From contig OZ024742.1 of the NCBI GenBank assembly GCA_964016885.1, positions 142,538,001-142,602,000 on the forward strand: 64,000 nt of DNA. Reading direction: 5' to 3'. The notes under the pieces are model-generated. The model made no database searches. It was not told where the DNA came from and was given only the letters and a program-made list of their open reading frames with translations. A program made the position numbers and the translations under genes. Within the stretch, counting starts at the first letter, position 1, and every line of letters begins with the position of its first letter. This document shows positions 54,200 through 64,000 of this stretch, in pieces. This DNA comes from Eledone cirrhosa (Eukaryota).

Positions 54200-56012
54200 C
54201 TTCGACTGCAAGTTGAAGGTAGTATAATAAGTAAGGCAATCAAAGATATGAAGACAGGTAAAGCAGCTGGGCCTTCGGAGATAGTTGTGGAAATGCTGAA
54301 AGCATCTGGATCGGTGGGACACACTATGGTGTCCCAGATAGTAAACCAAGTCATACAGAATGGGGTCATACCAAATGACTGGCGTAACAGCATCATCATT
54401 AACTGCTACAAGGGTAAAAGAGATGCCCTAGATAGGGGAAACTATAGAGGCATTAAATTAATTGACCAGGTCATGAAGGTCATAGAAAAAGTTATTGCGC
54501 AACTAATCAGAGAGCGAATTGATCTAGATGAAATGCAGTTTGGGTTTGTGTCAGGTAAAAGTATCACAGACGCTCTTTTCCTTGTACAACAACTACAGGA
54601 GAAGTACCTAGCTAAAAGTAGATCACTATACTTAGCTTTTGTTGACTTGGAGAAAGCCTTTGACAGAGTTCCCTGCTCCATTATCTGGTGGGTTCTTAGA
54701 AAACTAGGTGTTGATGAATGGCTTGTGAGAGCTATACAAGCCATGTATAAAGAAACAGTCAGCAAGGTTAGAATTAACAATGAATATAGTGAAGAATTTA
54801 GCGTAAAGTCAGTGTTCATCAGGGCTCTGTCCTTAGCCCCCTCCTATTTATTATTGCCCTTCAGGCTATAACAGAGGAGTTTAAGACCGGCTGCCCATGG
54901 GAACTCATATACGCAGATGATCTAACTCTAATAGCTGAATCTATGGCTGAACTTCCAAAACATGGAAGCATGGTCTAGAATCAAAAGGCCTTAAAATTAA
55001 CTTGTCTAAGACTAAAGTTCTAGTATGTAAGAAGGAAAATAGGGCACTGGTCCCCTCTGGGAAATGTGTAGGAAAGGAGTAGGCAGAAAATTTTATGTCC
55101 CAAAATAGGCAGAAAATGTTATGTCCCAAATGCAAAGTATGGGTGCATAAAAGATGTAGTGGGATCACAGGTAAACTAACTAAGAACATAGATTTTATAT
55201 GTGGCCGGTGCTCAGGTGCAATAAGTAGTAGCAAGTGCCCACAGGATACTAGCTCATTCCATTGCACAGATAGTTCTATAGAAATAGTGGACACCTTCCG
55301 TTACCTGGGTGACAAAATCAGCAGTGGTGGAAGGTGCTCTGAAATTACTGTAGCTAGAGTCAGAACGGGATGGAAAAAGTTCAGAGAGCTTATACCACTT
55401 TTGGCCACTAAAGGTTTCTCCCTAAAAATGAAAGGCAGACTGTATGATGCCTGCATACGAACAACAATGTTACATGGCAGTGAGACATGGGCATTGTGTG
55501 CAGAGGATCTGTGCAGACTGGAGAGGAACGAAGCTTGCATGCTCCGCTGGATGTGTAATAGTAATATACGTGAACGGCAAAGCATAAATTAACTAAGTGA
55601 GAAATTAGGAATAAGAGGGATAAGATGCTGTTTACTCGAGAGAAGACTACGTTGGTATGGTCACGTGATGCACATGAAAGACGACAGCTGTATAAAAAAG
55701 TGCAGGGCGATCAAAATAGATGGAAGCTACGGAGTAGGCAGACTCAGAAAAACCTGGGACAATTTGATAAATTCTGACCTTACACACTTACACCTCTCTA
55801 TGACAATGTCACTGGACCGAGATCTTTGGCACTACGCAGTAATACAGAAGACCCGCCTTGCCTAAGTACAAAACGAAACCTACAGTCAGTAGGCACCTCC
55901 TAACCAAAAATACACCCTCATCCCACTACCCCTATCTACACCACCCCTTTCTCTGTAAAGTTATGTTGGTGCCACAACATCCAGTCCTAAGTAAATGTGG
56001 TCGTGTAGGTCT
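54200..56012 (+). mobile_element. RTE LINE, longest copy (RT, PHD-like finger, C-terminus), frameshifted
   Basis: GKAAGPSEI, NYRGIKL, QFGF, FVDLEKAFDRV, YADDL, WVHKRC, FRYLG, GRLRKTW. Confidence 0.93.
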
Positions 56013-56016
56013 CACT

Positions 56017-56434
56017 AGCAGGTTTTCTACGGCTGGATGCCCTTCCTAACACCAACCACGTTCACAGTGTGGACTGGGAGGTTTTTACCGTGTTACCTAC
56101 ACGGCCACATTACAGCGTGGACTGTGTTTTTTTTTTTGTCGTGACACCTACACGACCTCATTTATTTTGGACTGGATGTTGTTGTACCAACATAACTTTA
56201 CAGAGAAAGGGGTGGTGCTGATGGGGGTCGGGTGGAGTAGGGGTAGTGGGATGGGGTGTATATTTGGTTAAGAGGTGCCTACTGACTGTAGGTTTCGCTT
56301 TGTACATAGGCAAGGCAGGTCTTCTATATTACTGCATAGCACCAAAGATCTCAGTCCAGTGACATTGTCTTAGAGAGGTGTAAGTGTGTAAGGTCGGAAT
56401 TTATCAAATCGTCCCAGAATTTTCTGGGTCTGCC
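56017..56434 (-). mobile_element. RTE 3' fragment in tail-to-tail orientation with 54200-56012
   Basis: GRPRKFWDDLINSDL and the 3' UTR on the minus strand. Confidence 0.85.
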
Positions 56435-56531
56435 TATATATACACATACATATATATATATATATATGCACACACACACAGATATACATACACACACACA
56501 TATACATACACACACACACACACACATACCA

Positions 56532-56562
<31 letters not shown>

Positions 56563-57479
56563 CATATATATATTTATATATATATATATATACATACATA
56601 TACACATACATATATATATATACACGCATACATACATATATAGATAAAATAAGTCAAAGAACACCTACATACTCATACAATTTTTATTCGCTAACAATGT
56701 TTCATCCATACCGTGGGGCAGGAATCCTCAGAGCATTATAAACAAAAATATAGTGCTTAATATAAGCTTTACCAAGCTTAGTCACCAGAACAGTAGAGAA
56801 ATAGTACAGGATAGCATGAGGGAGATTGGATATGAGAAGGATGGAGAGAATGCGTAATGGGTTTGTTAGTCAACATTATAGCAAAATATGAGAATACAAG
56901 AATACAGGCAGATTTTCTCACAAGAGACTGAGGCATGTGAAGGCACATAAAAGCAATCAAAAGCACTTAAAGATAAATAATTTTAAATAATTTTAAAAAT
57001 AATTAAAAAAATATAATAATAATTTAAAAAATTAATTAAAAAAAGGGGGAAAGAAAAAAAGAAATTGAGGCATGTGAAGACACACAAAAGCAACAAAGGA
57101 GAGTATGTATTGGTTACTATAGAAGACAGGTGATTTAGTTTCCCATGCCTTAGGATCATAGAAATACTATGAGATCCATAAGGTATCTTCAGAAGGTCTA
57201 AAATAGAGAGTTATAGCCCATTACGTTCTGATTTCAAATCCCGCTGAGGTTAGCTTTGCCTTTCATCCTCATGGGGGTCGATAAAATAAAACACCAGTAA
57301 GTACTGGGGGCGATTTAATTGACTTTCCCCTCCCCTTCAAATTGCTGGCCTTGTGCCTGAAGTAGAAACAATTTTTTTTTCTTTTATTTATTTATTATGG
57401 ACACACATGTGTGAAGACGTACAAGTCTGCGGAAGAAAAGGTTCGGAATTTAAGCTGTTTTAAAGTATCATTTTTTGTA

Positions 57480-60400
57480 TTTTCTTGTCGATAACGAAAC
57501 ATAAGGTACTCACCTTGGTTCCAAGAAAGGGAGACCTCTCAATATTCAGGCTTTAAGCCCGAATATTCAGATTTATTTTAAAAACTTCGAAAACGGTAAA
57601 CAACGTACAGGTCAAAAGTTCAAAAACAGCCAGTATAGCTCCCACCAAGATTACTACTACTACTACGGCTACAGACATGTCTGTCGTCCACTCCACAGGA
57701 TGTGGAGGCAGGACACAAGAGTTACCATCACAACCGCTCCCTTCTGTGACAGAGGCAGTACCATCTCAAAATGACATCACCACTGCCACCACCACCACCA
57801 CAACAACCTAGAACAACAACGACAACAACACCAACAGCCTCAATATAAACACTAATAACAGTAGCAACAGCAACAACAAACAAAACAACAACAACACCAA
57901 CAACAACAGCAAGAATGGCAACACCAACAACAAGAACAACGGAGGCGCCACCTTTGCAGCAGCGGCAGCGAAAACAAAGCGCTTCTTTAATATAGATATT
58001 AGCGATAAGGAACAACAGTTGGCCCAGGCGTGGAGGTTAATTAAACGAGAGAAGTCCTGGGCCAACCTAACCGTCCTGAACGAGGCAATAGAAGCCATGC
58101 AAAGGAGGACGGTGTACTTTCGATGCATTTCAGTATAGACACGCAAAGTGGAACTCGCCAGCCAAGCAGAAGTTGAGGCTGCTTTAAAGTGCGTCGGAAG
58201 TGACATCAAATACAAAGCAAGGGCCAAGCAGTTTGGTACCATCTCGATACTGTTCAAAACCGAGGCCCTTGCTATTAAGCACTCGGTGACCCCCTGCATA
58301 ACGGAACGCATTATCATGCACCCCAGGGTGCATGAAAAGGACAGTAAAGGTTCGCATTCCCAGGATCCCACCAGGAATGAATATATGGTGGCTCCTGGGA
58401 TGCATAATCGAGGAGGGGACAGACACTATCCTCCTAGATATCAAAAAGACAGAGAGAGAAAACTGGTCCGGAATGAATTTGGAGATTCTTCTCCAAATGA
58501 AACCAGAGGACATCAACATCCTGGATTTTGCCCACCTACAGGACGGGAAAACAATCCAATTAATCACTGAGGGAAGAGGGCCGCACAGCTTCGTCTGTGG
58601 GAAAGCAATGCATCTGCGAGCCTTCTGCCCTCAGCACAAAAATGCAGGGGGTCACAAACCTCCTTTGTTGCCAATGCCAGTGTCAGCATGAAAAGCTGCA
58701 CCGCCACCAGCACCAATCAAAGGGTACATCTCGCCCTTTACTGTTAGCGGGGGACTGAAACGGCATCTTAGATGCACGCTGGGATTGTGTGGGAGTAGCT
58801 GATAGGAGCGGGGGGTGCAAAAGCCTCAAGCACCTAATCAGCCAGTTCCAACTGTCTGACAGGTATCGACTAGATTTCCCAATGTGCCAGTGTGGACGTG
58901 GACCAACCGCATAGGGTCATTAGGAAAATAGATAGAAATAGTGTAGGCTGCGCACTTTTTAAAATAATCGCCTATTCAGATCACAAATTTGTGATCTGTA
59001 TAGTCGACCTAGATAAAATGCGTAGGTTGGGACCGGGTTACTGGAAGCTGAACATGTCATTTCCAGCACATAAGGCTTACAGGGACCGGGTCAACAATTT
59101 AGTTAAGCAAAAGTTGACAGGGGGATCATCAACAACAGATGGTGGGGGCTCTCAAAAGACAGATTAGAGTAACTTCGATAGAGTTCAGCAAAGAACTATC
59201 TTTAGAAAGAAACAGAAAGGAGCGGGAGCTGGTAGATAAGTTAGACGAGGCTATTTGTAGCAGCATTGAAACTGATGTACTAGCGGCAAGAATGGCATTA
59301 GACCATTTCTTCAATGCAAAACACGAAGGTTGCATTGTCAGAGCTAAGGCACGTGCGGTGAGAAACTAGGGAACCAAAGCTGTTCGATGAGCCCGTGTGG
59401 GGGAGGTGCAGCGTGGTAATAAAACCACAATTCGGTCTTTGGCGGACCGAGACGGGCACGAGATAAACAATTCCAAGCGGATGTATGAGGCCTTTCACCA
59501 GTACTTTGCTCAGTTGTTTGGGGAGAGTGGCGGGTCAGAGAGTAGCGGATTTCAGTCTCTACCTCGATGGCTTGCCGTGCATCTCGACGGTCGACACTGA
59601 GCACTGCGAAAGGCCGATTACTTCAGCCAAAATTCAGAACGCCCTTTTCGGCTGCATGAGGCGCAAGTCACCCGGTTTGGATGGCCTGTCCTACGAGCTT
59701 TATGTAAATATGCCAGACTTGTCTCTGATTGCGTCGAAGCGCTCTACTGCAACTGGCAACAGAATGGGAGTATTCCCAGTTCTGTGAGCAGGGAAGTGTT
59801 GACGCTGATAAGGAAAGACGAGAACAAGAGGGATACATTAGACAACTTCAGGCCCATAACTCTGCTCAACACAGAGTTTAAGATTTTGGCCAAGGTGTTA
59901 GCAAAGAGATGGCGCTTGTCGTCGAGGATTTGGTTGGGGAGGCGCAAACTTGCGCAATTCCAGTCAGGTCCATACACGACAACCTCCACTTCATACGATA
60001 CATCATAGAGAGGGTAGGGTGTAATCCTGGCTTCGGTGGGGCACTGATCAATTTAGATCAATTGAAAGCATTCGATAGGGTCGACCATCGGTATCTGGAG
60101 GCTATCCTCAAAGCAGCTGGCTTCGGCCCTGTCTTCAAAAGCTGGATTGCTGCAATTCACAGCAGCACCTGCATGGTGGTCAAGGATAAGGGCCACCTCT
60201 CAGAACAGTTTCGGCTCTCCCGATCGGTCCGTCAAGGGTGCCCTCTCTCTTCCCTTCTGTACGTATTGACTCTAGAGCTTTTACTATGGAAGCTGGGATG
60301 TGGAAAGGCTGTGTTGGCTTATGCGGACACCATCACCGTGATGGTGTCGGACACCTCAGAAATCGAGGTGGTCAGCACCTTATTGAAGGAATATGAAAGG

Positions 60401-61530
60401 TTGACAGAAGCCAAACTAAACCCGGAAAAGTCGGTGGGCTTGCAGCTCGGAACTTCGAGAGGCAAGTCCATGACGTCCAATAGCATTGTTTGTTTGACTG
60501 AGCTGCAGTTCTGAGTCAAGAAGAGACCGAGACAGGGTGACTGACACCTGGAATGTTGCCAGGCACTCACTGCTCTCTGCCAAGCGGGCAATGCGATCAG
60601 TGGAACTTCCACTTTTGAGTTCTATAGAGGATTAGTGGTGGGCAAGTGCGATGACGCACTCGGAGAAGCTTTGAGCCTCGACAAAGTCGAACTGACCAGT
60701 CTGTTCCGGAGGACTTTCGAGACGGGGACAATGGACAATTTCCAGAAATCCCTCGCTTGGCAGTGCTACCGGGGACACTGCCGGTTTGGGATAAACTCTA
60801 CAGACACGGAAGTGCTGTCAGACGAACCTGCCCGAGAGGCGCACAGTGTGACGAAATCGTTCTGCACGCACTTGTTCAATGTCCCTGCATTACTGACTTG
60901 TGGAGTTATGTCGAACAGCTACTGTCGCGTGTAGAATGGATCTGGCTATCGGCCGAGTCCATAGTGACGATCGACCCGCCACCTTCTTTGGCCAGCAAGA
61001 GCAGGCAATTTTCCTCTGTCTGGTGGCAGTTGCGAAAGAGGTTATATGGTGGACCAGATTGAAAGGACTGAAGACAGACACTTTCCTCTTCGGCCAATCC
61101 CTCATCAACTTCTTCAAGTTTCACCTGGAAAGGAAGGTGAGGGTGGAGAGAGAAGTGCTGCTCCCCAGTACATTTGCTAAAAGGTGGATGAATGTGGCGA
61201 GAATGTCCCGTGTGAATGGGCCTACTCTGACCATGTGCCTATAGGCTAGCTAATTTGAGGAGAGGGGTGCTCTCCCTGGGTGCCCTAGAAGCCCAGGGTG
61301 GTTCAGGATTGGTGGGGTACCTGAGTCACCCCTGGGTCGTCCACCCTCTATAGGGGAATTTGTTTTGTTATATTTATGCATAGTTTATTTTATATTTTTA
61401 TATCTTCATTGTTAAATTAGTCTTGCCATTGTGCACTTTTACTCGACCTTATTGTAAACCCCCCCCCCTCCCACTGTCTGTGTCTTTGTATTGTACCCTA
61501 CATGTTGGCCCTTGTGGCCAATAAATGAAA
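57480..61530 (+). mobile_element. Degenerate Tx1/L1-clade LINE (ORF1 with Asn-rich tract and zinc knuckle; partially deleted ORF2)
   Basis: ORF1 knuckle remnant FVCGKAMHLRAFCP; ORF2 SDHK, GPGYWKLN, KSPGLDGL, NFRPITLLNTEFKILAK, LDQLKAFDRVDH, SVRQGCPLS, AYAD and C-terminal CPR...EIVLHALVQC; AATAAA at ~61520 followed by (TTA)n. Confidence 0.85.
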
Positions 61531-61562
<32 letters not shown>

Positions 61563-61573
61563 GTTATTATTAT

Positions 61574-64000
61574 TGCACCCTCCTCCCCTATCCACTAGCC
61601 CCACACAATCCCAGCGTGCATCCAAGATATCGTTCCAGTCGCCCACTAACACTAAAGAGCGGGACGTTCCAAGAAAGGTCTCTAGACGTCTGAAGAAATC
61701 TGGCCGTCCTGCCCCAGTTGGGGCATAGACGGCTACTAGCCTGAAAGCATTGCCTTCGCTGCTGGTCACGTTCAGCACCACCGACTTACCTTCTGGGTCT
61801 AGAAGATGGCCCATATGGCGAGATCCAAGCCTCTCCGAAAAAGGATGGCGACCCCTCCCCCCGATCCTGGACGGCTAGGAGATGCGTATACATCGTAGCC
61901 GCCAAAGATCAATGCGAAGGCTCGTGCTTCGGAGATTCTGGTCTCACTGATGGCCACCACGTCTATGTTTAGTGACCTGAGGTCGTTGAGCAGGTGACCC
62001 TGCTTCCAAGATGACCCCAGGCCACATGCATTTATACTGCCTATTCTAAGTACGGCCATCCTGGATGAGAAACGGGGCAAGTGAGAAAGGGTCACTTACC
62101 TTTATCGTGTGGTGAAGGGACAAACTTCATAGACAAGGACCCGGTTACTGGAAGCTGAACGCGTCTTTCCCGGCGCACAAAGCCTACAGAGACCGGATTA
62201 GCATATTAGTTAAGCGGGCGTTGACGGGGGCAGTCGTCAACAACAGATGGTGGTTCGCCCTGAAAAGGGCAATTAAAGTAGAGTCGATTAGGTTTAGCAA
62301 AGGACTAGTGATAGAGGAAAATAGAATAGAGGGAGTGTTAGTCAGAAAGCTAGAAGAGGCGTTTAGGACAAGCATCGCAACTGACGTGGTTGCAGCGAGA
62401 TTGGCACTCACCAATTCTTCAACGCAAAACACGAGGGGACAGAAGCTGTCCAATGGGCCCGGGTGGCAGAGGTGCGACGTGGCTACTTGGCCCCAATTCA
62501 GTCTTTATCTGATCAAAACGAGCGCGTGTTGCTCAAACCCGAGCAGATTGTGAGGCTTTTCAGCAGCACTTTGCTGAACTGTTCGGGAGCAGCGGCAGCC
62601 CGGATCGGGATATGGACGTCAGTGCATACCTTTGATGGACTGCCTCGACTCTCGACGACCGCAGCATAGTGTTGCGAAAAGCTAATAACAGCCGGTGAAA
62701 TACGGGAAGCGATGGCTAACTGCACAATGGCTAACTGCACAAATCGCCAGGTTTGGATGGTCTGCCCTACAAGCTTTATGCATTTATGCCAGACTTGTTC
62801 GGTGACCTCTTGGCAGACGTCTACTGTAACTTGCAGCAGAACGGGAGCATTCCCAGTTTTATGAGCCGGGGAGCGGTGGTGCTGCTGAGAAAAGACCCGA
62901 ACAAGGGAGATGTTATCGATTACTTCAGGCCCATAACCCTGCTAAACGCAGAGTTCAAGATTTTGGCCAAGGTGTTAGCAATGAGGTTGGCGCTTGTCGT
63001 CAGGGATCTGGTGGGAGAGGCGCAGATATGCGCCATTCTGGACAGATCCATACACGACAACCTCCACCTCATGTGATACATCGTAGAGAGGGTGGTTAAG
63101 GAACCTGGCACGGGTGAGGCTCTGATCAACTTGGATCAATCCAAAGCATTCGATAGGGTCGACCATCGGTTCCTGGCGGCGGTCCTCGAGGCAGCCGGTT
63201 TCGGGCCCATTTTCAGGGGTTGGATCACTGCGATGTACAGCGACATCTGCTCAGTTGTGAGGGTGAACAGTCACCTGTAGCAGCTGTTCAACATCATGCG
63301 CTCGGTCCACCAGGGTTGTCCCCTCTCGTCCCTCTTGTACATATTGGCTCTCGAGCCGTTACTGCACAAACTGGAGGCGATGAGGGGCACCCCACGCGGT
63401 AAATCTGATGAGGGGCACCCCATGCGGTAAATCTGAGTTGGCTTACGCCGACGACATCACCGTGGTGGTGTCGAGCACCAGACATGTCCAGATGCTCGAC
63501 ACCACTCTCAATGAATATGAAGCGGTGACAGGAGCAAAGATAAACCAGGAAAAGTTGGTGGGCTTGCAGCTCGGCACCTGGAGAGGCAAGTCCATGCTGT
63601 CCGACAGTGTCATGGGGCATTGGACTGACAGACCGGTTAAATTGCTCGGGAGTCTGGTTCGGACCAGACCTCCACATGGAGAAAAACTGGAATGAGGTGA
63701 TTGAGCAGGGTAGCCTCCCTCACCCAGAAATGGGCTGAGAAGAACTGTCCCTGAAAGGCCGGGCGGAAGTGGCGAATGCATACATCGCATCCATCAGACG
63801 ATCCATCTGCTCCCATGGTCAGACGATCCATCTGCTCCCATGGTCAGACGATCCATCTGCTGTCAACACCCGTTGCGTGGAGGACTGGGCATGCCATGGC
63901 TGATGATGCGCTGAGGCTGCAACATCTCTGGTGCTTCCTTGACGGTGAACAGGTGTGGTCGCCATTCGCCAGGCACATTTTCCCACAGCTCGTCTCCTTG
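61574..64000 (+). mobile_element. Second Tx1/L1-clade LINE with inverted 5' segment (61574-62095, minus); runs off the window
   Basis: Minus-strand APE endonuclease (IGSINACGL, VVAISET, GGGVAILFR, AVYAP, LVGDWN), then plus-strand GPGYWKLN, FRPITLLN, LDQSKAFDRVDH, AYADD. Confidence 0.88.

Overview
AT-rich, repeat-dominated eukaryotic genomic DNA. The mix of RTE LINEs with (ATG)n tails, tRNA-derived SINEs and very long (TA)n/(CA)n tracts suggests a cephalopod such as Octopus; this is an inference. The only long intact ORF is a Penelope-like retroelement (RT + GIY-YIG, 28297-31386) with an Asn-rich insert and a ~1.16-kb inverted terminal duplication. Also present: many RTE fragments carrying a PHD-like finger, two Tx1/L1-like LINEs (one 5'-inverted), a CRE-type endonuclease remnant, three mariner relics, TTAA- and TA-flanked MITEs, several SINE families and a 50-bp satellite derived from a LINE/SINE tail. 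A probable host promoter and first coding exon (MSIMTTFVDNFW, FCHO-like F-BAR N-terminus) lies on the minus strand near 9.7 kb. The most notable signal is a dense set of short non-coding fold-back elements, mostly in or beside (TA)n tracts. At least six sequence families carry type-I hammerhead ribozyme motifs and repeat the architecture of the Penelope-like element in miniature. All coordinates and pairings were read by eye, so ends are approximate.
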